A DNA stretch of 64,000 bases from a bacterium (GCA_030650415.1 JAUSEG010000011.1:1687-65686), one strand, 5' to 3'. Positions 8,843-18,632 are shown, counted from the first letter of the stretch. Made by a program: numbers and translations. The notes: generated by a model not told the origin, from the letters alone.

Positions 8843-10651
8843 TTATTCGCTCATTAGCTTCTCCAGATGATTCTTGGCCTTAATCCTTCTCTTAATCTGA
8901 CCGCGGCGGGACTTTATTTGCTTTCTCAACTTAAATAATTGCCAAACCTGCTTTAAAATATGGCGCTCAAACACCAAGACGAATAAATTACTCTTTATTT
9001 CATACCAGATGGTTTTTAATATCACCGGCTTGGAATAGCTTGAATCAAGCATTTTTTGCAAAATGATATGATGATTCAGCCATGACCATTCTTTATATTT
9101 TTCCTTCTTGCCCAGACGGCCCTTGATAATGCCAATTATACCCCGGCCTCGCGAGCTTATCGCTCGATCATGATAAATTACGGCGTTCGGATTATAAAGG
9201 CACTTATAGCCGGCCCATTCAAGGCGGTAGGCCAAGTCCACATCTTCTTTATACATAAACATCAGTTCGTCAAAATATTCTTTTCTGCCATCTTCGTTTA
9301 TAAAAGCCACGTCGTCTAAGGCCGACAGCCGGTAGATAGCGGCCGCGCCCGAGGCGCCAAAGATTTCTTCTTCCCGATCAAATTGTCCATGATCGATATC
9401 GCCCTGTCCGCGATCCATAAAACGATGCTCCTTCGTAATATTTATGCCGACCGTATCTATAAAATTAGTTTTACCCTTGCCCTCGGAGTCGCGCTCGGAA
9501 AAATCCCAACGCTTGATTTTACAAGTCGCCGAAGCGATCTGGGGCGTTTTCATCACCGAATTAACCAACTCTGAAACTACGTTGGGTTCATAAATCATGT
9601 CAATATTGCTGGCCAAAAAATAGCTGGCGGCATTTTTTCTGGCTTGGGTAATAAGCAGATTAAAAGCGCGGGCAAAACCCAAATTCTCCCCGCTTCTTAA
9701 AATTTTCGCCTCCGGATAATTAGCTTTAATAAATTTAACATTGTCATTGTCTGCCAGCTCGCTATTATCCATGAAAATCAATTCAATATTGCCGTAATCC
9801 TGTTTTTTTATGGAATCAATAAAATACGGCAAGTATTTCGAAGTGCGGTAAGAACCGTCCCTGCTGTCATATAAAATTCCGCCGATCACCACCTTAGGCG
9901 CGATTTTATTTTCCAGTTTTAACGGCTCAAGAGGCTTATTAAAATTTTTAATGGCAAAAGCCGCGTCAACCAAGCTCTCGTGCGTTCCGGCATCAAACCA
10001 AAAACCCTTAACGAAGCCGGCCTGCATTTTTTTATCCCTGATATACAGGTTATTCAAATCGGTAATTTCCAATTCGCCGCGCGCCGACGGCTTCATGGTT
10101 TTAATATAGCTGAAAACCTTGCTGTCATAAATATAAACGCCGATCGAAGCCCAGTTGGATTTCGGCTTCTCCGGCTTTTCTTCAATGCCTAAAACTTTAT
10201 CACCGTCCAATTCGGCTACGCCGAATCTTTGCGGATCACCGACCTGTTTTAAAAATATTTTCGCTCCGGATTCAAACTCCTGAATGTCTTTTATAAGATT
10301 ATCTTCTAAAAGATTGTCGCCGAAAATCACCACGAAATTATCGTCAGCGACAAATTCTTCGGCCAAACCGACGGCGTAAGCCAGCCCGCCCGCGTGATCC
10401 TGAATTTTAAAAGTAAAATTGGCATTAAAATCCCGGCCCGAGCCTAAGAGCTTGGCGAAATCGCCGGCATGATCCTTACCCGGTAAAATTAAAATGTCTT
10501 TTATGCCGGCTTTTAAAAGAGTTTGAATTGGATAATAAATCATCGGCTGATTATAAACCGGCAATAAATGCTTGTTGGTAACTTTAGTATTGGGATAAAG
10601 GCGCGTTCCGCTGCCTCCGGCTAAAATAACACCCTTCATTTTTTTTGGCAT
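8843..10651 (-). CDS. Bifunctional protein: a glucose-1-phosphate thymidylyltransferase (RmlA-like) N-domain fused to a GT2 glycosyltransferase C-domain.
   Basis: The N-terminus MKGVILAGGSGTRLYPNTKVTNKHLLPVYNQPMIYYPI is the RmlA signature. Residues ~260-600 carry GT2 features (ELIFMDNSELADN, DxD, downstream acceptor-site region). Confidence 0.75.
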   Translation of the reverse strand: MPKKMKGVILAGGSGTRLYPNTKVTNKHLLPVYNQPMIYYPIQTLLKAGIKDILILPGKDHAGDFAKLLGSGRDFNANFTFKIQDHAGGLAYAVGLAEEFVADDNFVVIFGDNLLEDNLIKDIQEFESGAKIFLKQVGDPQRFGVAELDGDKVLGIEEKPEKPKSNWASIGVYIYDSKVFSYIKTMKPSARGELEITDLNNLYIRDKKMQAGFVKGFWFDAGTHESLVDAAFAIKNFNKPLEPLKLENKIAPKVVIGGILYDSRDGSYRTSKYLPYFIDSIKKQDYGNIELIFMDNSELADNDNVKFIKANYPEAKILRSGENLGFARAFNLLITQARKNAASYFLASNIDMIYEPNVVSELVNSVMKTPQIASATCKIKRWDFSERDSEGKGKTNFIDTVGINITKEHRFMDRGQGDIDHGQFDREEEIFGASGAAAIYRLSALDDVAFINEDGRKEYFDELMFMYKEDVDLAYRLEWAGYKCLYNPNAVIYHDRAISSRGRGIIGIIKGRLGKKEKYKEWSWLNHHIILQKMLDSSYSKPVILKTIWYEIKSNLFVLVFERHILKQVWQLFKLRKQIKSRRGQIKRRIKAKNHLEKLMSE

Positions 10652-10680
10652 AAGTATATATCAAATAAATAATTATAAAA

Positions 10681-11550
10681 TTACTTTGGCTCTTTACTAT
10701 ATAAATATTCTTTTAAGGCTTCCTGATAATTCCTTAACGGCGGCAGCTTGGTATTAAGCAGCACCGCGTACTTCGGCCTCTTGGCCGGGCGAACCAGCTT
10801 ATCGCCGGCTATTGGCTTGACTTCGGTTTCAATTTTAGCCAGTTTAAATAATTCCACCGCGGCTTCATACCAGGTGCAAGCTCCGCTATTGGTTAGATGA
10901 TAGATGCCATAACCATAACCGCCGTCTACTAATTCGCGCGTAGCTTTAGCCAAGTCCGGCGTATAAGTAAAACAGCTGGCTTCATCATCAACTACTTCCA
11001 CGCTGGCTTTATTCTTGCCCTGCTCAAGCATAATGTCAAAAAAATTTGCTTTAGCCATTTCGCTCTGTCCTCGAGGACCGAATAATTTTGAAGTTCTGAC
11101 TAAATACCATTTTAAACCCTGGCCGCTTAATTCTAAAATCCTTTTTTCGCCGTGAAACTTTGACTTGCCATAGCGATTGATCGGCTTGGGCTCATCGGTT
11201 TCAACGTAGCCGCTGTCTTTTTCACCGTTAAAAACGTAGTTGGTGGAATAATGAATTAAAGTAGCGCCGATTTTTAAACAGATTTCGGCTAAAAATTTCG
11301 GCCCGTCAATATTTAACTTTTTCGCCAATTCATATTCCTCGTCGTTATCCTCACATTTGTCCACGGCGTTATAGGCCGCGGCGTTAATCACCAGTTCGGG
11401 TTTTACTTCTTCGACTTTTCTTAAAATTAACTCTCGGTCGGTTATATCAATTTCTCCCCTGTCCCAGCCTAAAACTTCGTTTCCTTCGGCGAAAACTTTC
11501 ATTAATTGCCTGCCCAGACTGCCCTTAGCGCCTAAAATTAAAATTTTCAT
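10681..11550 (-). CDS. rfbD: dTDP-4-dehydrorhamnose reductase (RmlD). The start was moved to MKILILG, because the longer ORF start lies inside a repeat.
   Basis: MKILILGAKGSLGRQL Rossmann motif; length ~290 aa. The upstream 24 codons (MEMDSRLRGND...) are encoded by the palindromic repeat. Confidence 0.8.
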   Translation of the reverse strand: MKILILGAKGSLGRQLMKVFAEGNEVLGWDRGEIDITDRELILRKVEEVKPELVINAAAYNAVDKCEDNDEEYELAKKLNIDGPKFLAEICLKIGATLIHYSTNYVFNGEKDSGYVETDEPKPINRYGKSKFHGEKRILELSGQGLKWYLVRTSKLFGPRGQSEMAKANFFDIMLEQGKNKASVEVVDDEASCFTYTPDLAKATRELVDGGYGYGIYHLTNSGACTWYEAAVELFKLAKIETEVKPIAGDKLVRPAKRPKYAVLLNTKLPPLRNYQEALKEYLYSKEPK

Positions 11551-11559
11551 ATTACCATG

Positions 11560-11686
11560 ATTGTCATTGCGAACAACTACCACTCCACTGTCATTCCCGC
11601 GCAGGCGGGAATCCATTTCCACTAAAATTTCTGGATTCCCGCCTGCGCGGGAATGACAAACAAAATTATGCTCCTCGCAATGACAT
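11560..11686. repeat. Compound nested-palindrome repeat, family B (tgtcattcccgcgcaggcgggaatcc ... ggattcccgcctgcgcgggaatgaca), flanked by tgtcattgcga/ctcgcaatgaca.
   Basis: Perfect inverted arms are read directly. The same module is at 32281, 36195, 39297 and 42093. Confidence 0.85.
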
Positions 11687-12417
11687 TAATAAATAATTTT
11701 CTCTAAATAGTTTTTTACTTCCAGCTGGCGTTTTAAAGGATTTTCCAATTCAATACTGATTATCTCAGCCAGATAATCTTTATATTTTTTTACATAATCC
11801 ACTTCGCTTAAATCGTCGAGCCAATGAGTGCTATAATCAGTATAGCTCTTATTTAAAAAACGATCTTGATAAGTAACCGGCTTTAATTTTACTGCGGAAA
11901 TATGATTAACGCCGATCTTATATTTTTTCGCCAAATCTTTAATTGTTATGAATTCTTCCGACTGCTCGCTTTTTGAAAGGGCGGCAGCTTGCCAATGGCT
12001 TAAATCTATACAGAGTCCGCCATATTTTTTTAAATCATTCTTTGTGGGTGAGCCTTCACTATTATTTTCAATATAAATATTTCTATTGTATTTTCCATAA
12101 TCAATTAAGAAGGGATACGGGGTATTTTCCGGATGAATATTAAAAACTTCGGTCTTAAAACGGCTAGCTAGATAATCCAACTCGGGAATCTCCATATCAT
12201 TTCTTAGATGCACGTGCGGAACGTTTTTCAAGCCGGTATTTTCCAAAAGCTTATATAATTCTTGTCTTTCCTCAAAATTCAAGCAAGTTAAAAATAAGGC
12301 AATTTCTTTTATGCCTAATTTATCAATCTCTTTAACTTTATTCCGCCATTCGCCTTTAGCAATAGTAGTTAAACCAAGCAAAATCTTTTTTACCCCGTTA
12401 GATGCTTTGTTATACAT
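11686..12417 (-). CDS. Putative sugar isomerase/epimerase (xylose-isomerase-like TIM barrel). Uncertain.
   Basis: GLCIDLSHW resembles the (L/V)ClDtgH motif of AP-endonuclease-2/xylose-isomerase-like TIM barrels. It sits between rmlD and rmlB. Confidence 0.35.
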   Translation of the reverse strand: MYNKASNGVKKILLGLTTIAKGEWRNKVKEIDKLGIKEIALFLTCLNFEERQELYKLLENTGLKNVPHVHLRNDMEIPELDYLASRFKTEVFNIHPENTPYPFLIDYGKYNRNIYIENNSEGSPTKNDLKKYGGLCIDLSHWQAAALSKSEQSEEFITIKDLAKKYKIGVNHISAVKLKPVTYQDRFLNKSYTDYSTHWLDDLSEVDYVKKYKDYLAEIISIELENPLKRQLEVKNYLEKIIY

Positions 12418-12536
12418 ATTTTATAGCCCCGATAAATTAAGGAATCTAACGGGGTGAATAATTTTACCTCTTAAACTACCTTAAATCTACCTAAAAATCA
12501 GCGTTTTGTCAAAGGTAAAAATCTTTTATAAAATAA

Positions 12537-12572
12537 AATACTCCCCTATTTAGGAGAGTATCTTATGAAAAA
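12537..12572 (-). terminator. Hairpin plus U-tract downstream of rmlB.
   Basis: On the minus strand, atactctcc-taaa-taggggagtat is followed by tttattttat. Confidence 0.4.
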
Positions 12573-12576
12573 AATT

Positions 12577-13608
12577 TTATTTTTTATATTGTCCGGAGTA
12601 GTAGCTGCTATAAATATCGCCTTCTTTAATCTTTCTCCACCACAGTTCATTATTCTTATACCACTCAATGGTTTTTAATAAACCCTCTTTTAAACTATAC
12701 TTATGGTTCCAGCCCAATTCATTCCTTAATTTTGAACTGTCTACGCCATAGCGGAAATCATGCCCGGGGCGGTCGGTGACGAATTCAATTAAGCTCGGCG
12801 GCTGATTAAGCAGGCGCGCCAATCGGCTGGACATTTCAATATTGCTAATTTCGTTGCTACTCGTGCTTATATTATAGACTTCGCCGATTCTGCCTTCATG
12901 AAAAATCAAATCCAAAGCTTCGCAGTTATCTAAAACATAAATCCAGTCGCGGCGGTTTAACCCGTAGCCGTAGAGCGGCGCCTTCTTGCCTTCCATTAAA
13001 TTAGTTATAAATAAAGGAATAAACTTTTCCGGATGCTGATAGGGACCGAAATTATTGGTCGTTCTGGTTATAATAACCGGTAATTTATAGGTTTCATAAT
13101 ATGATCTGACTAATAAATCGGCGCTGGCTTTTGAGGCCGCGTACGGACTGGCTGGCGTAAGCGGAGCCGTTTCCGAATAGTAACCGGTTTCAATACTGCC
13201 GTAGACTTCGTCCGTGCTGATATGCAAAAATTTCTTAATTTTAAATTTTCTGGCCGCCTCGAGAAGAGTCTGCGTGCCGAGAATGTTGGTAGATAAAAAT
13301 TCCTGCGGGTTGGTAATCGATCGGTCAACATGCGATTCGGCGGCGAAATGCACAACTCCGTCAACCTTGGAAATTAAACTTTCCACTATCAGGGTATTGC
13401 GAATATCGCCATTTACAAACCAATATCTTCTCTGCTCGGGCAAAGCGCCATCCCCGTAATTTTTCTCAACTTCAGTTAAATTATCTAAATTGCCGGCATA
13501 GGTTAAACTATCCAGATTGATGATAACATCGCCAGGATATTTATTTAACCAATAGCTTATAAAATTTGACCCAATGAAACCGGCCCCGCCGGTAACTAAT
13601 ATTTTCAT
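12577..13608 (-). CDS. rfbB: dTDP-glucose 4,6-dehydratase (RmlB).
   Basis: MKILVTGGAGFIGSNF, YxxxK and the ~340 aa length are typical of RmlB. Confidence 0.9.
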   Translation of the reverse strand: MKILVTGGAGFIGSNFISYWLNKYPGDVIINLDSLTYAGNLDNLTEVEKNYGDGALPEQRRYWFVNGDIRNTLIVESLISKVDGVVHFAAESHVDRSITNPQEFLSTNILGTQTLLEAARKFKIKKFLHISTDEVYGSIETGYYSETAPLTPASPYAASKASADLLVRSYYETYKLPVIITRTTNNFGPYQHPEKFIPLFITNLMEGKKAPLYGYGLNRRDWIYVLDNCEALDLIFHEGRIGEVYNISTSSNEISNIEMSSRLARLLNQPPSLIEFVTDRPGHDFRYGVDSSKLRNELGWNHKYSLKEGLLKTIEWYKNNELWWRKIKEGDIYSSYYSGQYKK

Positions 13609-13620
13609 AAACCACTAAGA

Positions 13621-13665
13621 TAACTGAATAATATTTATTCAGTTATCTTAGTCTTTTTTTAGGTT
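13621..13665 (+). terminator. Perfect 13-bp-stem hairpin (aagataactgaat/attcagttatctt) followed by a T-run. It is terminator-like in plus-strand orientation, although there is no plus-strand gene upstream.
   Basis: Read directly: aagataactgaataatatttattcagttatcttagtcttttttt. Confidence 0.35.
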
Positions 13666-13713
13666 TTGTCAAGTTCGGGAGCAGTCGGCTGGAATAATAT
13701 TATTGTCACAATC

Positions 13714-14484
13714 TTAGTCTTTTATTTTCGCCATGGTTTCTTGATATTTATGGCGAAAATCCTTTCTTACGCCGTTATAAGATTTTTTAAACAACGACAC
13801 GGAAATATGGTTTATCACATAACGAAAGCCAGCGCTTATTATGCCTTCCTTTTTCAGCCTCCGCCCCGAGGACTGGACTAAAAATTTGTAATTAAACTTT
13901 ACTATTCCAACCTTGCTTAAGCGCATCGCCGTATCCGTGTCATCACCGTAGAAGGTCAAGGCAACATTATAACCGCCAATTTCTTCCAGAGCTGATTTTT
14001 TTATTACCACATTCCCGCCCATAATCGCTCCGCCCTTTTTAAAAAACCTGTTATTGATGACATAAACCGGATACGCCAGATAATAATACAGCTTGGCCAT
14101 TAGGGATTGTATCGAAGATATGTCGTAAAATATATACGGTCCGCTTAAGGCAACAAGCTTCGGATTATCCTTAAATTCTTTAAATACCATATTTATCCAA
14201 TCTTTAGTAATCCTATTATCAGCGTCAATGTTGGCTATTAAATCCCCGGTGGCCTTGGTTAAACCTAACTGGCGGGAACGGTTAGTGCCTTTTTTCGGTT
14301 CATCAAAAACTTTTACTTGACTATAGCTTAAAGCCACTTCCCGCGTTCTATCGGCGCTGGCATTATTGATCACAATAACTTCAACTTCATGACCGCTGTT
14401 TTTCGCGGCACGAGAAATTGATTCCAAACACTTACCTATGTATTTCTCTTCGTTGTAGGCCGGTATGATGATGCTCAATTTCAT
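13714..14484 (-). CDS. Family 2 glycosyltransferase.
   Basis: LSIIIPAYNEEKYIGKCLESI is a classic GT2 start. Confidence 0.8.
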   Translation of the reverse strand: MKLSIIIPAYNEEKYIGKCLESISRAAKNSGHEVEVIVINNASADRTREVALSYSQVKVFDEPKKGTNRSRQLGLTKATGDLIANIDADNRITKDWINMVFKEFKDNPKLVALSGPYIFYDISSIQSLMAKLYYYLAYPVYVINNRFFKKGGAIMGGNVVIKKSALEEIGGYNVALTFYGDDTDTAMRLSKVGIVKFNYKFLVQSSGRRLKKEGIISAGFRYVINHISVSLFKKSYNGVRKDFRHKYQETMAKIKD

Positions 14485-14503
14485 AAGATTATTCGATAAA
14501 AAA

Positions 14504-15781
14504 TTATTTTTTAATATCTTTAACTTTAGAATTTTTCATCGGCGCTCGGAGATAATCTATATTGGCCTTGAACTGGGAGCGTTCCGGCTTCTTTTCCCCG
14601 TCTATAAATGAACGCGTAACCCCCTGCGATTGCAAGACTACTTTTCTTCGACCATCGGCTTTACGCATGCCAAACCTGTTTTCAGGGAACGGCGTGAATT
14701 TATCTAAAATTCTTCCCTTTAAATCCTTAGGCGGTTCATCAATGGCTTCATACAAGCCCAGCGCCGAAGGTAATTTTATGCCACGTTGCCTAAAATCAAC
14801 CAACAAGTGCTTAAAAGCTCTAAAAAATGCGTCATAAAAATAACGCTGGCTCTTTTCTCCGCCCCAGGGAAATTTAGACGGCATGCCAACCTCGCCAACC
14901 TCATAATCAACCCCCCAATCAGCCACTTCCTCCAGCATCTCACGCAAATAATCCACGTCTTTAACTAATTGCTTAAAAACACCTCTGGTCGGAGGCCATT
15001 TGAGAAACCTGGCATCATTTTCAGGATGGTCTACAGTTTCTTTTATCTCTGCCGCGATCGTTTCTAAAGGATAATGCCAAGTCCCGGGATAATAATCAAT
15101 GGCGATCCTATCAAAACTATCTTTAATTTTTTTCAACTCGGGTAAAAAATCTTTGGCGTCAGCGCCGGCAAACTTGGCCAGACTATTGGCATTAACCGTG
15201 GCCATTAATTTTAAATCAGGATTGTATTCTTTAAAAACCTCTCTAGTAATCCGACAAAGTTCCGGGATATCTTCTACGGCAACCGGTGTATATATTTTGT
15301 TGTTCAACTCATTTAAAATTTGCACGGTGGTTATCGGCTGGCCACCGGCTTGTTCTAAGCCATGCTTTATTTCTTCGGCATATTTCCTAAATTCCACAAA
15401 AAATTCTTCCTTCTTCCCCCCTTTATAAAGTTTTATCGCCCACTCGGGCGGATTGGATAAAATAATAATCGGCGGTTTTAAACCGGCTTCTGCTTGAGCG
15501 CGTTTAGCATCCTTATATCTATCCATCAGTTTAGAGTCAAATTCACCGGGTTTATTTTCCAGCTTGCCCCAATGAAAATCATAACGCACTCTAGCCACGC
15601 CGTCTTTAGCTACATCCTGATAAAACTCTCTCAAACTTTCCGGATCACCCGTATCGAGATTATCCGGACTATGATCAGTAACATAAACTTCCAAAGCGAA
15701 TTCTGGCTCTTTCTCTGGTTGAGTTTCGCTCTGTTCTCTTTCTGCCGGTATCAGCGGCATGCTTGGCATCGTTTCCTTCAT
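14504..15781 (-). CDS. Putative clan GH-A-like glycoside hydrolase (TIM barrel).
   Basis: VQILNELN resembles the NEP acid/base motif of GH-A (GH5-like) enzymes, and a later GEVG could supply the nucleophile Glu. No signal peptide is obvious. Confidence 0.4.
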   Translation of the reverse strand: MKETMPSMPLIPAEREQSETQPEKEPEFALEVYVTDHSPDNLDTGDPESLREFYQDVAKDGVARVRYDFHWGKLENKPGEFDSKLMDRYKDAKRAQAEAGLKPPIIILSNPPEWAIKLYKGGKKEEFFVEFRKYAEEIKHGLEQAGGQPITTVQILNELNNKIYTPVAVEDIPELCRITREVFKEYNPDLKLMATVNANSLAKFAGADAKDFLPELKKIKDSFDRIAIDYYPGTWHYPLETIAAEIKETVDHPENDARFLKWPPTRGVFKQLVKDVDYLREMLEEVADWGVDYEVGEVGMPSKFPWGGEKSQRYFYDAFFRAFKHLLVDFRQRGIKLPSALGLYEAIDEPPKDLKGRILDKFTPFPENRFGMRKADGRRKVVLQSQGVTRSFIDGEKKPERSQFKANIDYLRAPMKNSKVKDIKK

Positions 15782-16953
15782 ATTTTTTTATAATCTTTTA
15801 TTACTCCTTTATACAACTTTTCCCATTCTTTGGCAATATTGGGAGCGGAAAATTGCTGGACAAAATTATGAGCGCCTTGGCTTAATTTTTGGCGCAGTTC
15901 TTGATTTTCTAAAAGCAAAATAAATTTCTCGGCCATGGCCTCATAATCGCCAACTTTCACCACATAGCCATTATGTTCATTAACATATTCCGGCAAGGCC
16001 CTGGCGTCAACCACCACCGCTGGTAAGCCGCAAGCCATAGCCTGCATTAAAGTTAAACTTTGAGTATCAGAAGTTGAAGCGATAGAAAAAACTTCCGCGG
16101 CTTGATATAATCTAGCTAAGTCCGGCTGGCTTAAGGTACCGAGAAACTTCACTGCTCTGTCTAAATTTAATTCTTTAACCAATCGTCTAAGCTCGGGCTC
16201 AAACTTACCCGTACCGGCAATAGCCAAATTAATGTCTTTAACTTTCTTCTTAGCCAGAGCCACCGCCCGAATAACCACTTCAATATTCTTCTCTGATGCC
16301 AGCCGGCCGGCATAAACAATGGTATTACTTGATAAACCGAATTTTTCTTTAACCGCTAACCCGTCTGCGGACGGACAAAAAATATTAGTATCGACTGGAT
16401 TGGAAATCACTTTATAAGGTCGATTAAAACCAAACTCTTTCATCTCCTTAAATACCGATTGCGACGGCGCGGTCGTGAAAGCACATTGATTATAATACCA
16501 GGTGGCGTAATTCACGCTAATTTTTTTTAAATATTTAGATTTAATTTTAATAAATTCGGAAATCGCGGTATGGTTAGTGCCTAGGAGAGGTATTTTTTTT
16601 GATCCGGCTTTTATCATAGCTTCGAGACCAGCGCCAAAGAAAAGTTGTGAATGAATAATATCCGGTTTAAATCCTTTAAAAAGACTCGGAGAAAAGAGCG
16701 GCAAAACCAGTCTGGCCTGCAGGCCGGCAAACGGCGCGGCCAGAGAGAACAGACGGTTAATATTAATTCTACTGTCTAACGCCAGCTCTTTAACCGGCAA
16801 ATTTATCGCCCGATAATTCTTAGCGCTATATTTAGGCACATAAAAATTTATTTCATGACCCAGCTTTGCCAATTCGTCGGCTAACAACCTGACGGAGTCG
16901 GATATGCCGCTTAACTCCGGGTAAAAATTATCGCTAAAAATAGCTATTCTCAT
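15778..16953 (-). CDS. GT4 (GT-B fold) glycosyltransferase.
   Basis: The ~390 aa protein has the C-terminal E-X7-E region and a GTGKFEPELR...LSQPDLARLY retaining GT4 pattern. Confidence 0.8.
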   Translation of the reverse strand: MRIAIFSDNFYPELSGISDSVRLLADELAKLGHEINFYVPKYSAKNYRAINLPVKELALDSRININRLFSLAAPFAGLQARLVLPLFSPSLFKGFKPDIIHSQLFFGAGLEAMIKAGSKKIPLLGTNHTAISEFIKIKSKYLKKISVNYATWYYNQCAFTTAPSQSVFKEMKEFGFNRPYKVISNPVDTNIFCPSADGLAVKEKFGLSSNTIVYAGRLASEKNIEVVIRAVALAKKKVKDINLAIAGTGKFEPELRRLVKELNLDRAVKFLGTLSQPDLARLYQAAEVFSIASTSDTQSLTLMQAMACGLPAVVVDARALPEYVNEHNGYVVKVGDYEAMAEKFILLLENQELRQKLSQGAHNFVQQFSAPNIAKEWEKLYKGVIKDYKKI

Positions 16954-16960
16954 ATTATAA

Positions 16961-17569
16961 TTAATAATCTATTTCTTCCCGCGAAATTCTTTTGGAAATC
17001 TTAACAAACGCATAGTTAATAATAGCAAATAAAATTACAACCGCGACAATCAAATACTGCCCATAATAGAAGTATTTGGCGAACGAATCGTAAGCCCGGC
17101 CGAAAAAGTAGCCTAGTAGCGTAAAAAAAATCGCCTTGGGCAGGCTCAAAGCCAGTAAAATATAAAAAAACTTTTTAAAGCGCATTTTGGCCGCGCCGGT
17201 GACAATAAATCCGAGCACGGGAATAATCGGAGAATATTTTATTATCAACAGCGCCTTCCAGCTATGCTGATGCAACATTTTCTCAAGCTTAAGTATTCTC
17301 TCTCTGGTTAAACCGAAATAATGGCCGAATCTTTCCACCACTCGATCCCGACTGATTCGGCCGATTAGATAGAGCGCCAGGTCGACAGCCATTTCTCCAA
17401 AAAAAGCCAAGCTGAAAATAATATAAATATTAAAATAGCCTAGAGCCGCGGCAAAAGCGGCCGCGGAAATAAAAACCGGGCCGCCGATAATTATAGCGAC
17501 AAAAATTAAAAAATAACCGTTAGCCAGAACCCAGGATAAAATTGTGGAAAAAGTTAATGCTGCCATCAA
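16961..17569 (-). CDS. DedA/SNARE-associated (TVP38) family membrane protein.
   Basis: Multi-pass hydrophobic protein with GYFLIFVAIIIGGPVFISAAAFAAALG and the GRISRDRVVERFG motif. Confidence 0.65.
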   Translation of the reverse strand: MMAALTFSTILSWVLANGYFLIFVAIIIGGPVFISAAAFAAALGYFNIYIIFSLAFFGEMAVDLALYLIGRISRDRVVERFGHYFGLTRERILKLEKMLHQHSWKALLIIKYSPIIPVLGFIVTGAAKMRFKKFFYILLALSLPKAIFFTLLGYFFGRAYDSFAKYFYYGQYLIVAVVILFAIINYAFVKISKRISREEIDY

Positions 17570-17967
17570 ATAATTTTAATCTTTTTTAACACTGCTTCGG
17601 CCTGACCCGCCTTATATTCTTTCTGCGGCCATAACTTTAAACTATCATTTTCCGTTCTGGGAACAACATGAAAATGCAGGTGCGGAATAATTTGCCCGGC
17701 TACGGGGTCGTTGTTCATTTGCACATTATACCCTCTAACCGACAAATTTTTCTTTAAACTCAAACCGACTTTTTTTACGATATTAATAACCCGGCACAGC
17801 GTTTCCTCGTCCGTTTCCTCAATATTGGCATAATGCTTTTTAGAAACCACTAAAGTATGGCCCGGATTTACCGGATTAATATCTAAAAATGCCAGAGTCT
17901 CCTCATCTTCATAAACTTTATAACTCGAAATTTCACCGTTAATAATTTTACAAAAAATGCAAGGCAT
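17566..17967 (-). CDS. HIT-family (histidine triad) nucleotide hydrolase. The start was moved to MPCIFCKI.
   Basis: HxHxHxx motif (HLHFHVVPR); the N-terminus MPCIFCKII is typical. The longer ORF start runs into the family A repeat. Confidence 0.8.
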   Translation of the reverse strand: MPCIFCKIINGEISSYKVYEDEETLAFLDINPVNPGHTLVVSKKHYANIEETDEETLCRVINIVKKVGLSLKKNLSVRGYNVQMNNDPVAGQIIPHLHFHVVPRTENDSLKLWPQKEYKAGQAEAVLKKIKII

Positions 17968-17976
17968 ATTGTATTC

Positions 17977-18074
17977 TGTCATGCTGGAGGGAGCGCCAGC
18001 GACCGATAGCATCTCATTTTAAAGCGCCACACCACAAGATTCTATCGCTCCGCTTCGCTACGCTCCAGAATGAC
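17977..18074. repeat. Nested-palindrome repeat, family A copy.
   Basis: tgtcatgctggagggagcgccagcgaccgatagcatctca...agattctatcgctcc...gctccagaatgaca. Confidence 0.85.
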
Positions 18075-18076
18075 AA

Positions 18077-18529
18077 TTAACCAATTTTATACGGCGACTC
18101 GGTATTGCTCTCCCACCTTACTTCGTCCACCTCGTCTTTCTTTCCCTCGCCTCTATATAATTTATCCGGCAGATTTACGCACCAGCCGTCTACCTCGCCA
18201 AGGCATTTATAAGCATGCACTACGCCGGGCGGAATAATTACCAAAAGCGGATTGTTCTCTCCGGCAGCCATTTTCATATGTTCATTTTCGGCTCCAGCCT
18301 TTCCTCGCCTATCCCAAAGATGAAGCTCAAAATTACCCGGCCCAACGAAGACGAAGCAATCGCTTTGATATTTATGCTCATGCGGACCGCGTATGACGCC
18401 CGGCTTAGTTACGCTCGTATAACCCATGGCCGGCTTAAAATTAATTTCATCGCTGCGATAAATTTCCGCCAGCCAGCCCCTGGAATCACTGTTCTTGGCT
18501 ATTTTTTTTATAATTACTCCATTAATCAT
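18077..18529 (-). CDS. RmlC-like cupin (dTDP-sugar epimerase/isomerase, WxcM/FdtA-like).
   Basis: This ~150 aa protein has a D-x-RG-W-L motif near the N-terminus and conserved His residues in a cupin barrel. It sits in the rhamnose/glycan locus. Confidence 0.5.
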   Translation of the reverse strand: MINGVIIKKIAKNSDSRGWLAEIYRSDEINFKPAMGYTSVTKPGVIRGPHEHKYQSDCFVFVGPGNFELHLWDRRGKAGAENEHMKMAAGENNPLLVIIPPGVVHAYKCLGEVDGWCVNLPDKLYRGEGKKDEVDEVRWESNTESPYKIG

Positions 18530-18539
18530 ATTTGATTAT

Positions 18540-18632
18540 ATTATAACATTTTGATAACGAATCATGAATTATGAATCATGGGGCTTGCTAATATTATTCT
18601 CTGCATTTTCCATAATTCATGATTCATTATTC
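18540..18632. repeat. MITE-like inverted repeat, family C2 (gaatcatgaattatgaatcatgg ... ccataattcatgattcattattc).
   Basis: A second copy with the same internal 'ttttccataattcat' lies at 22795-22897. The same motif is inserted in the PfkB CDS. Confidence 0.75.

Noticed and set aside
13110-13459. Two small ORFs (84 aa minus, 81 aa plus) inside rmlB
   Set aside because: They are alternative-frame and antisense ORFs within a highly conserved RmlB coding sequence, with Arg-rich low-complexity translations.
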